NCBI GenBank assembly: GCA_964487475.1
Contig: CAZAPM010000001.1
Location: 122,086 to 186,085 of the forward strand
Source: an uncultured Planctomycetales bacterium
GTDB taxonomy: Bacteria; Omnitrophota; Gorgyraeia; Gygaellales; Profunditerraquicolaceae
Reading direction: 5' to 3'
Length of the DNA stretch: 64,000 nt
Part shown: positions 1-7,507 of the stretch, one piece after another
Layout: each line of letters starts with the position of its first letter
Position numbering within the stretch: position 1 is the first letter of the stretch
Notes under the pieces: generated by a model
Database searches by the model: none
What the model saw: the letters and a program-made list of their open reading frames with translations, nothing else
What the model was told of the DNA's origin: nothing
Position numbers and translations under genes: made by a program

Positions 1-1
1 T

Positions 2-154
2 CGGCCTTCGGCGTGTGCTTCTTCCATGCCTGCCAAGATCACGGATGAAGTTAAGACGCAGAGGCTCATGCGGCTCGCCGCCCTCTTAAAGGCGGCAGGG
101 AGAGCGTTTTCCTTGCGAGACTATACGTTGCCCCATGTCCCAACTCATCGCTGA
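2..154 (+). CDS. 3' end of an ORF entering from the window edge (...KTQRLMRLAALLKAAGRAFSLRDYTLPHVPTHR*); alternatively a 42-aa peptide from ATG 26; overlaps the next gene by 20 nt
   Basis: Frame 2 is open from nt 2 to the TGA at 152-154. An ATG lies at 26. Tight overlap with the radical-SAM gene starting at 135 suggests co-translation. Not in the ORF track because it is short or partial. Confidence 0.3.
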   Translation, partial: RPSACASSMPAKITDEVKTQRLMRLAALLKAAGRAFSLRDYTLPHVPTHR

Positions 155-1178
155 ACTGTACCTGACCGAAGCATGTACCATGCGCTGCCGCTATTGTTAT
201 CTCCCCAAACGTCCGCGCAGGATGACCTGGGAAGTCGCACGTAAGGCGGTGGATCTCGTGGCTTCCAGGAAAGTGCCTTCTACCATCATCTGTTTTTTCG
301 GGGGTGAGCCTCTTCTGGAGTGGGAGCTTCTGGTCCGGGTCGTCGCATATGCGCGGCGACAGGGGATCAGGCGTTTCAACATCTGTACGAACGGACTGGC
401 GATCACACGTCGCAGGGCGGCGCAGATGGCAGCCATGAACCTGGTCCCGATGTTCAGTATCGACGGAGCGTTCCGGCAGCATGACCGGGAACGCCTGGGC
501 GTACGGGGAAGGGCTACGCATGCTCGGGTGGTCAGGCGCATAAAGGAAGCGGTCCCTTTTTTCAAGGGGATGCCTGTCCAGGTCCAGATCACGGTCACTC
601 CCGGTACCGTCGATACGCTGCGGGAGTCGGTGGGGTTCATCCGAGGTGCATTCCCCGGATGGGATATTAATCTGGTTCCTGCGGCTGCGCAAGGGGTGCG
701 TTATAGATGGGATGCATCAGCATGTACCACGCTGCGTGCGCAATGCCGGGGATTAGGCGCGGATATCGCCGCAGAGAGGCGCGCGGGAGTATCCGGTTCG
801 GTTTCATACATGTGTTGCGCGCCGCAGCGGGACCTGGCCCATTTTAAGGCAGGTCGCCGTGCTTCTTGTTTTTGCGCCCCGGCGACCAGGCATCTTTCGG
901 TCACGGTGGAGGGAGAGGTATACCCGTGTTTCTTTTTCGCGGGACTCAAGGACAAGGCGTTTCGGATCGGTGATGTGCATGAGGGGTTGTCTGCCGGGCC
1001 TTTTGTGCGTCGGGTAGGAGAGGCTTTTTCGCGAAGGCCGGGAGTGTTTACTTGTTGGGCCGGAAATGCGGTGGTGAGGGGTATGATGGAACACAGGGCC
1101 GGTATATATGAAACGTTCGACAGGGCCTGGGCGGTCGCCGCGGCTCAGGTCAGGCGCCAGGCAACGGAGGTGCGGTGA
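135..1178 (+). CDS. radical SAM enzyme with SPASM/twitch-like C-terminal domain (anSME / peptide-maturase-like)
   Basis: N-terminal CTMRCRYC (CxxxCxxC). FFGGEPLL SAM-binding motif. FSIDG...HD..R......G hallmark of the SPASM subfamily. Cys-rich C-terminal half (YMCC...SCFC...YPC...FTC) with a GDVHEGL motif resembling the SPASM G-N/D-I/V...E motif. Confidence 0.85.
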   Translation: MSQLIAELYLTEACTMRCRYCYLPKRPRRMTWEVARKAVDLVASRKVPSTIICFFGGEPLLEWELLVRVVAYARRQGIRRFNICTNGLAITRRRAAQMAAMNLVPMFSIDGAFRQHDRERLGVRGRATHARVVRRIKEAVPFFKGMPVQVQITVTPGTVDTLRESVGFIRGAFPGWDINLVPAAAQGVRYRWDASACTTLRAQCRGLGADIAAERRAGVSGSVSYMCCAPQRDLAHFKAGRRASCFCAPATRHLSVTVEGEVYPCFFFAGLKDKAFRIGDVHEGLSAGPFVRRVGEAFSRRPGVFTCWAGNAVVRGMMEHRAGIYETFDRAWAVAAAQVRRQATEVR

Positions 1179-2053
1179 GTTCAGCGGCCGGAGTCCCTCT
1201 CCGAATCCTTGAAGTGTTCGCGCGTTCCTGGGGGGGAGCGGGAGAGTATGAGTTCTCTCTTACTCAGGGGAGCGATCAGCTTGGGGTATCTCATCTGGCT
1301 TTTCCCCCCGTACCTGAGACGACTGTGAATTTCATGGAGTTCCATCGTAAACGTTCGGCGCAGATACGGGAGTGCTGCAGGCGTGTCGCGCCTCGCGTGG
1401 TTTCCGGCAGGGTATTGCGCAAGGTATGTACCTTTGCTTTGGCGTACCGGCTCCCTCTGCAGTTCGGTTGCGAGGTAGCGCCGGGAGGGGGAATGCAGGC
1501 AAAGCTGTATCTGAGCGCAGGGCCTCGGCGTATGCACCTTTTAAAGGCCGCACAGGGTATTTTGGACTCTTTCGGGTGTCCTCCGGAGGCAGCGAAAGAA
1601 TGCGTTCCTCCAGAGTGGCATATCGATGCGTTCGGGTTCGACCTTTCCGGCGTTCCGGGGGTGCGCATATATAGCGCGGTCAGGGCTACTTCCCGTGGTC
1701 TGTCCTCTCTCGGCAAGTATCTGCGTATGTGCAGGGGAGGATTTCTCTCTCCGCTTGCCCGGAGGTTCCTCTCGCATGCGTCGCAGGTGAAGCCGAAGGA
1801 TGTGCTCCTCTTGTTCCGCATTGATGCGAAAGGGATCAGTTCAGCGAAGGCTTGTTTCAGGTTCAGGAAGCCGCTTTCTTTCTCCCTGCTTAGGCGTTGC
1901 GGCCGTGTGCCTGGCGGCCGCGGATTCTCCTGGCTGAGCAGCCGCGCAGAGGAGCTGGAGAGGCAGGGGTTCGGCATTTCTTACTTCTGCGCGGAGCGCT
2001 CTTCTTGCGGGATCTATTTCCGTCATCTCACGGCGGTGAGGAGAAGTTCATGA
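1175..2053 (+). CDS. hypothetical protein (292 aa), translationally coupled between radical-SAM genes
   Basis: GTG start at 1175 overlaps the TGA of the upstream gene (GTGA). Its stop at 2051-2053 overlaps the ATG of the next gene (ATGA). Non-repetitive, protein-like composition. Competing ORFs in the interval are Arg/Pro-rich antisense-type junk. No recognisable domain. Confidence 0.5.
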   Translation: MSSAAGVPLRILEVFARSWGGAGEYEFSLTQGSDQLGVSHLAFPPVPETTVNFMEFHRKRSAQIRECCRRVAPRVVSGRVLRKVCTFALAYRLPLQFGCEVAPGGGMQAKLYLSAGPRRMHLLKAAQGILDSFGCPPEAAKECVPPEWHIDAFGFDLSGVPGVRIYSAVRATSRGLSSLGKYLRMCRGGFLSPLARRFLSHASQVKPKDVLLLFRIDAKGISSAKACFRFRKPLSFSLLRRCGRVPGGRGFSWLSSRAEELERQGFGISYFCAERSSCGIYFRHLTAVRRSS

Positions 2054-2955
2054 AAAGAAAATCCCTGCGCAAGCTCGATTACAAGATCGGGTTCGCGTGT
2101 AACAACTATTGTATCCATTGTGTACAGGGAGGCAAGCGGGAGTCGGTACGTGCGAGGACTTTGTTTCAGATCATGCGGGATATACGCGAAAGTGCGGCGA
2201 CCTGTACGGAAGTGGTGTTTACGGGAGGGGAGCCGACCATCCATCCCCATTTCCTTGAGGCGGTGCGGGAAGCTGCGAGGGCCGGCTATTCCGTGATCCA
2301 GGTGCAGTCCAATGGAAGGATGTTCGTCTATCCCGAGTTCTGCCGCGCAGCCATGGACGCAGGAGTCAATGATTTCTGTGTTGCCGTCCTTGGTGACAGC
2401 GCACGTCTCCATGAAGCGCATACTCTTGCGAAAGGGAGTTTTTCCCAGGTAGTGCAGGGTATACGGAACCTGCGTTCTTTGGGATGCCGCGTTTCGGTCA
2501 ACTCCGTGATCACCAAGCTTAACTATCGGCGTCTGCCCCGTCTGGCGATGTTCCTTTCCGGCTTAGGGGTAGCGCAGGTGCAGTTCGCGTTTCCTCATCC
2601 CGGGGGGAGGGCGTGGATAAATTTTCCGCGCGTGGTGCCGCGGATGAGCACGGTCGTGCCTTTCGTGTGCGAGGGGCTGCGGAAGGGAGCGCAGCGTGGG
2701 GTGCGCATGATGACCGAGGCTATCCCTCCGTGCATGCTTCCTGGATTCGAGGGGTTTATCGCGGAACGGATCATGCCCGATGCGACCGTGTTCGATGGCG
2801 ACCTGGTGATCGAGCGTTATGAGGAGTATCGCAGGGATAAGGGGAAGCGAAAAGGGCCCCGGTGCGGCCAGTGCCGGTATTTTCCCTCTTGCGAGGGGAC
2901 ATGGAAAGAGTATCCCGAGAAGTTCGGCTGGAAGGAGTTCAGGCCTGTCGTATGA
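2050..2955 (+). CDS. radical SAM enzyme, tandem paralog 1 (twitch-type auxiliary Cys cluster)
   Basis: CNNYCIHC CxxxCxxC motif. FTGGEPT. VQSNGRMF. GDSARLHEAHT..KGSF. C-terminal CGQCRYFPSCEG (Cx2Cx5C). ATG 2050 is preceded by the Shine-Dalgarno GGTGAGGAG. The track's longer start at 1897 is rejected. Confidence 0.85.
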   Translation: MKRKSLRKLDYKIGFACNNYCIHCVQGGKRESVRARTLFQIMRDIRESAATCTEVVFTGGEPTIHPHFLEAVREAARAGYSVIQVQSNGRMFVYPEFCRAAMDAGVNDFCVAVLGDSARLHEAHTLAKGSFSQVVQGIRNLRSLGCRVSVNSVITKLNYRRLPRLAMFLSGLGVAQVQFAFPHPGGRAWINFPRVVPRMSTVVPFVCEGLRKGAQRGVRMMTEAIPPCMLPGFEGFIAERIMPDATVFDGDLVIERYEEYRRDKGKRKGPRCGQCRYFPSCEGTWKEYPEKFGWKEFRPVV

Positions 2956-3875
2956 TCAGGAAAACGGTGATCATCATGGGGTACCGGTGTAATTGTCATT
3001 GCGTGTTCTGCTGCAATGCGCATAAGCGTTCCCTGCCCGACCGGTCCACCGATGATATTCTGGTCGAGATGGCGCGCGCGCGCAGACGCGGGTGTACGTA
3101 CCTCGAACTTATCGGAGGGGAGGGGACCATACGGAAGGATATTTTGCAGCTGGTTTCACAGGCCCGCCGCATCGGCTTCGAAGAGGTGGTCATGGCGTCC
3201 AACGGGAGGATGTTCGCGTATCCGCATTTCGCCCGAGATCTGGTGGATGCCGGGGTGACACATCTGGTATTCTCCATTCACGGGCATACCGCGGCATTAC
3301 ACGATTCTCTTACCAGGTCCCCGGGTAGTTTTGGGCAGCTGATCGAGGGGATCGGTCATATCCGTCGTTTCAGGGACCGCTGCCCCATCGGGTCTAACAC
3401 GACTATCGTGAAGGGGAATTACCGCGCGCTCGAGGAGATCGGCAAGTTCATCTATTCGCTGGGTATCCGCAACGCCGAGTTCATCTTTGTCGATCCGACA
3501 CAGGGTGCAGCGTTCTCTTCCTTTGCCCGTATCGTGCCGAGACTTTCTGTTATGGCCCCGTACGCACGTAAATGCCTGGAATTCGGGAAGGCCAGGAGGA
3601 TCCCCCACTGGCATCTGCGATACGTGCCGTTATGCCTCTTTCCCGGTCACGAAGACCGAATCAGCGAGCTTGCGGAACGGAAGACGTTCATCACGGAGCA
3701 TGTAGCCGGGGATTTCGTCAATTTTGACGTGCAGTCATCCCGTGCTTCCGTTGGGCGTATCAAGCCTCCGAAGTGCCGTAAGTGTGCGAAATTCGCCAGA
3801 TGCGAGGGGCTTTGGAAGGAATATTACCGACATTACGGGGATAAAGAACTGCTGCCGGATATCACCCATGCCTAA
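2952..3875 (+). CDS. radical SAM enzyme, tandem paralog 2
   Basis: CNCHCVFC motif. LIGGEGT. MASNGRMF. SIHGHTAALHDSLTRSPGSF. CRKCAKFARCEG. ATG 2952 overlaps the stop of paralog 1 (ATGA). Collinear motif-by-motif similarity to paralogs 1 and 3. Confidence 0.85.
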   Translation: MIRKTVIIMGYRCNCHCVFCCNAHKRSLPDRSTDDILVEMARARRRGCTYLELIGGEGTIRKDILQLVSQARRIGFEEVVMASNGRMFAYPHFARDLVDAGVTHLVFSIHGHTAALHDSLTRSPGSFGQLIEGIGHIRRFRDRCPIGSNTTIVKGNYRALEEIGKFIYSLGIRNAEFIFVDPTQGAAFSSFARIVPRLSVMAPYARKCLEFGKARRIPHWHLRYVPLCLFPGHEDRISELAERKTFITEHVAGDFVNFDVQSSRASVGRIKPPKCRKCAKFARCEGLWKEYYRHYGDKELLPDITHA

Positions 3876-4800
3876 TATTTCAGTATATCACAAATGCGAT
3901 AACCGTTGTGTGATGTGCTCCAATCCCAGGGATTTCATACAAAGCCCGGCGAAGGATTTCTCCCTGGCGCGACTTTCACGGCGTTTAAAGAATTTTTCCC
4001 TGGGGAGAAATGTCTTTCTGGAGAATTTCAGGGACGCGTTCATTCTTTCCGGCGGTGAGCCTACCATGTCTCCGGATCTTTTTCCCGTTATCCGGAGGGT
4101 CGCCACGTTGTTCCCGCAGGCTCAGATCACCTGCTTGACCAATGGCAGGGCGTTTTCCCGTGAAGCGTACGCCAGGGAGTTCATGCGGAGGTTCCCGCTG
4201 GTGAATCTGGTGATCCCCGTGCACGGGCATACGGCTTCGCTGCACGACCGTATCACCAGGGTCAAGGGGAGCTTTACGCAGACCCTGCGGGGTCTGCAGG
4301 TGATCAGTGCCCTTATGCGTCCTACCCAGCTGCTTGAGCTCCGGGTGGTCCTGCACGGCCTCAATTACCGCTGGATGAAGGAAATTGCCCGGTTTCTGCG
4401 CGCGCAGGTCCCCAGTGCGGGACGGGTGGTTTTCATATTCGTCGAAATAGAGGGGGAGGCGGCTAAGAACTGGCGGAGGATCGGCGTGACGTATACGCAG
4501 GTCCGTCCTTTCTTGCGGGAAGCGGCTTCAGAATTGCTGCGGCTTCCTGATCCCCGGCTGTACCATTTTCCGCTCTGTCTGGTGCCGCGGGCGCTTTTCC
4601 CCCTTGTTTTTCGCACCCTGCCCGAAGCAGAGATCATGTTCCCCGTTCAGTGCCGCCTCTGTGCGCTTAAAAGCTGTTGCCTGGGGGTACACCGTGGGTA
4701 CGCCGGCGGTGTAGGGGTGGATGAGTTCCGCCCTTTCAGGCGGAAGATACGCTTCGTACGTACGGGCAATTGGTATCATCCGATCGGCAGGGTTTTGTGA
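3868..4800 (+). CDS. radical SAM enzyme, tandem paralog 3
   Basis: CDNRCVMC motif. LSGGEPT. CLTNGRAF. PVHGHTASLHDRITRVKGSF. C-terminal CRLCALKSCC. ATG 3868 overlaps the end of paralog 2 by 8 nt. Confidence 0.8.
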   Translation: MPNISVYHKCDNRCVMCSNPRDFIQSPAKDFSLARLSRRLKNFSLGRNVFLENFRDAFILSGGEPTMSPDLFPVIRRVATLFPQAQITCLTNGRAFSREAYAREFMRRFPLVNLVIPVHGHTASLHDRITRVKGSFTQTLRGLQVISALMRPTQLLELRVVLHGLNYRWMKEIARFLRAQVPSAGRVVFIFVEIEGEAAKNWRRIGVTYTQVRPFLREAASELLRLPDPRLYHFPLCLVPRALFPLVFRTLPEAEIMFPVQCRLCALKSCCLGVHRGYAGGVGVDEFRPFRRKIRFVRTGNWYHPIGRVL

Positions 4801-5738
4801 TGGTTCCTTTCACGCTTGCCGACGCCCTCCTTTTTCCGGGCGTACTGGTCCTGGGAGCGGTAACCAGCATTGAGGATTTCAGGATTGGCAAGGTCCGTAA
4901 TGTCTGGATCCTGCGCGGCATGCTGTACGCGGTACTTGTGTACTGCGCGGTCTTTCTGCTGCAGTTCGTTATGGGAGGGGACCAGGGAGTGCGCGCACTG
5001 GTGCAGCCATTTTTTTACCGTTTCGACAGGTTCCTGGTTACGGTAGGAACGAGTATCTGTGTGGCATATGCGCTTTGGAGGTATCGAGTGTGGGGCGCAG
5101 GGGATGCGAAACTTTTCATCTGTTATTCGATGCTTTTCCCCCTTTCAAGTTACCGGCTTGTGTATTTCGATCATTATTTCGCATCGTACCTTATCCTGCT
5201 GGCGATCTTTATTCCCGCCACCGTCTTTCTCCTGGGGCGTTCGCTGTTTTTTTTCCTCCGATCCGGGGAATACTGGCGCACGCGTGCGGAAACGAGGAAG
5301 GTGATGCCTCGCCGTCCCCTCAAGGAGAAATGCGTGGGAGGAGCGCGGATATTCCTGGGTTTTTTCCTGATGTTCATCCTTGCCCAGTTGCTTATCGCGG
5401 GTATTCCCTTTTTCTCCCGGGGAGGGGCGGGGAGTCTCGGCGCGATCGTGCTTTCGTGGCTCGTGTTTAGGCCGCTATCCCTTTTTTTTAAGCGTTACCA
5501 TCTTGCGGTGATTTCCGGTTTCCTTATCCTTGCCGTGGGAGCAGGGTTTTTCCCGGAGCTGCGTGCCTCGCTTATTTCAAAAGAGCTGTGGTTCTCTTTT
5601 CTGCGTGCGCTGGCGGCGCTTGTGGGTTTCCCGGTATTTCGCATGGTCATCGATGAATATGTGGATTATTCCGGCCGCAAGGAATCCCGTTTTGCGGTGT
5701 GGATGTTCCTGGGAACAATTATTTCACGGTTCCTGTGA
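4800..5738 (+). CDS. polytopic membrane protein, prepilin-peptidase (A24, TadV/CpaA)-like aspartyl protease
   Basis: Highly hydrophobic with multiple predicted TM helices. First catalytic Asp context SIEDFRIGKVRN resembles CpaA/TadV D....R.IPN. Second motif WGAGDAKLF matches the A24 GGGDxKL motif. ATG 4800 overlaps the TGA of the preceding radical-SAM gene (TGATG). The track's TTG start at 4770 is also possible. Confidence 0.6.
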   Translation: MVPFTLADALLFPGVLVLGAVTSIEDFRIGKVRNVWILRGMLYAVLVYCAVFLLQFVMGGDQGVRALVQPFFYRFDRFLVTVGTSICVAYALWRYRVWGAGDAKLFICYSMLFPLSSYRLVYFDHYFASYLILLAIFIPATVFLLGRSLFFFLRSGEYWRTRAETRKVMPRRPLKEKCVGGARIFLGFFLMFILAQLLIAGIPFFSRGGAGSLGAIVLSWLVFRPLSLFFKRYHLAVISGFLILAVGAGFFPELRASLISKELWFSFLRALAALVGFPVFRMVIDEYVDYSGRKESRFAVWMFLGTIISRFL

Positions 5739-5787
5739 GATTCCCTTTCCCGTTGCGTCTTAAGTAGAGGAAAGGGGGGAATTTCGT

Positions 5788-5816
5788 TTGACAGCCCAAG
5801 GGAAGAGGGCTATAAT
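5788..5816 (+). promoter_or_regulatory. sigma70-type promoter upstream of recA (TTGACA-17 nt-TATAAT)
   Basis: Consensus -35 TTGACA at 5788-5793, 17-nt spacer, consensus -10 TATAAT at 5811-5816. RBS GGAGG at 5863-5867 precedes ATG 5874. Confidence 0.6.
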
Positions 5817-5873
5817 TAACTTCTTAAATTACTTTAATAAAGTCGGAAAAAGCTTAAGATTTGGAGGTTTACG

Positions 5874-6974
5874 ATGAGTGCTGAAAAGAAACCAGCAGGA
5901 AAGTCCGCTGCTGCCGCCCCCGTTGCGGCGGTAGAGGAGCAGAAGCAGTCCTCCGAGCGTAACGAGCGAAGCAAGGCGCTTGAGCTCGCGCTTTCCCAGA
6001 TAGAGAAACAGTTCGGCAAGGGGTCGATCATGAAGCTTGGCGGCGACGTCAAGGTTCACGTCGATGCCATCCCGACCGGCGCCCTGACCCTGGATGTGGC
6101 CTTGGGCGTGGGAGGCCTTCCCCGCGGCCGTATCATCGAGGTCTTCGGGCCGGAAGCCAGCGGTAAGACCACCCTGACCCTGACCCTGATCCGCGAGATC
6201 CAGAAAAAGGGGGGTGTCGCGGCATTTATCGACGCTGAGCACGCGTTCGATTCCACTTATGCGAAGGTCATCGGGGTCAATCTCGACGACCTGCTCATCT
6301 CCCAGCCGGATACGGGAGAGCAGGCGCTGGAGATCGCCGAGACTCTGGTGCGCTCCAATGCGGTGGACGTGATCGTGATCGATTCCGTCGCGGCGTTGAC
6401 ACCCCGCGCCGAGATCGAGGGCGAGATGGGGGATGCGCACGTCGGGCTTCAGGCGAGGCTGATGTCGCAGGCCCTGCGCAAGCTCACCGCGGCGATCAGC
6501 AAATCCCGGACCTGCATGGTGTTCATCAATCAGCTGCGCGAGAAGATCGGCGTCATGTTCGGCTCTCCCGAGACCACTCCCGGAGGCCGGGCGCTGAAGT
6601 TCTATTCGTCGGTAAGGCTCGATCTGCGCCGTATCGCGACCCTGAAATCCGGGGAGCAGGTGATCGGCAACCGCGTCAAATGCAAAGTGGTCAAGAACAA
6701 GGTCGCACCTCCCTTCCGCGAGGCGGAGTTCGAGACGCTGCATAACGAAGGGATCTCCAAGGCCGGTTCGATCGTCGACGCCGGGGTGGGGGTGGGGGTC
6801 CTGGACAAGCCCGGGGTGTGGATCTCCTTCAACGGAGAAAAGATCGGACAGGGCAGGGACGCGGCGGTCAAGACGGTCAAAGAGAACATCAAACTTGCGG
6901 ACGCGATCGAGAAAGAGATCCGCAAGCGGATATTCGCAGGTGCGGAACCTGCCAAACCCGCTGCCAAAGCGTAA
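5874..6974 (+). CDS. recA: recombinase RecA
   Basis: [12 protein letters not shown] Walker [45 protein letters not shown]. Unmistakable RecA. Confidence 0.97.
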   Translation: MSAEKKPAGKSAAAAPVAAVEEQKQSSERNERSKALELALSQIEKQFGKGSIMKLGGDVKVHVDAIPTGALTLDVALGVGGLPRGRIIEVFGPEASGKTTLTLTLIREIQKKGGVAAFIDAEHAFDSTYAKVIGVNLDDLLISQPDTGEQALEIAETLVRSNAVDVIVIDSVAALTPRAEIEGEMGDAHVGLQARLMSQALRKLTAAISKSRTCMVFINQLREKIGVMFGSPETTPGGRALKFYSSVRLDLRRIATLKSGEQVIGNRVKCKVVKNKVAPPFREAEFETLHNEGISKAGSIVDAGVGVGVLDKPGVWISFNGEKIGQGRDAAVKTVKENIKLADAIEKEIRKRIFAGAEPAKPAAKA

Positions 6975-7039
6975 GGGCAGCCTCGTTATCCATCATCCGG
7001 GAGGCCTTTTCGGGCCTTCCGGATGTATCTTTTCAGAGC

Positions 7040-7507
7040 GTGGCACGCACAGAGCTCCCCGAAATTTCGCAGGCGAAGCGGTACGCATTCCTGCTGCTTA
7101 AATACCGGCAGCGGAGCACGGAGGAGTTGCGTCACCGTTTGGGGAAAAAGGGTTTTTCCGCCGAGGTCGTCGAGCCGCTGCTGGCATGGCTGACGGAGAA
7201 ACGTTTCCTGGATGACAGGCAGTTCGCCTTCGACTGGATGCGGCAGAGGCTGGGCAGTTCCTTTGGACGCCGGCGGGTGGCGCTGGAACTGCGGCGTAAA
7301 GGGATCAGCGCCGGGTTGATCGAACAGGCGGGCCAGGAAGTATCCCGGGAGCACGACGAAGGATCGATGGTGCGGGAGATGGTCGCCCGCAAGATGAAAG
7401 TGTACCGGAATCTGGAACCTCAGGTGGCCAAAAGGAGATTGTACGGGTTCCTGCTCCGCCGGGGATTCTCTCCCGAAGTGATCATGGAAGCCATGGAAAA
7501 AATATGA
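7040..7507 (+). CDS. recX: RecX recombination regulator (start uncertain; GTG 7040 proposed)
   Basis: Conserved recA-recX-alaS order. RYAFLLLKYRQRSTEELRHRLGKKGFS... helical-repeat RecX-like sequence. The track ORF from 6818 would overlap recA by 150 nt and is rejected. No ATG lies after the recA stop, so GTG 7040 gives a 155-aa product. Confidence 0.6.
   Translation: MARTELPEISQAKRYAFLLLKYRQRSTEELRHRLGKKGFSAEVVEPLLAWLTEKRFLDDRQFAFDWMRQRLGSSFGRRRVALELRRKGISAGLIEQAGQEVSREHDEGSMVREMVARKMKVYRNLEPQVAKRRLYGFLLRRGFSPEVIMEAMEKI

Noticed and set aside
66-692. 208-aa minus ORF overlapping the first radical-SAM gene
   Set aside because: Antisense to an ORF carrying intact CxxxCxxC, GGEP and SPASM motifs. 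Its own translation has no recognisable features.
1897-2049. N-terminal extensions offered by the ORF track (1897, 2862, 3724, 4770, 6818, 14945, 21295, 24616, 27099, 35044, 35345, 39387, 39816, 42529, 60748, 62862)
   Set aside because: Each extension overlaps the preceding gene or a conserved repeat. The conserved protein N-terminus begins at an internal ATG, usually with an SD sequence or a stop/start overlap, so internal starts were used.
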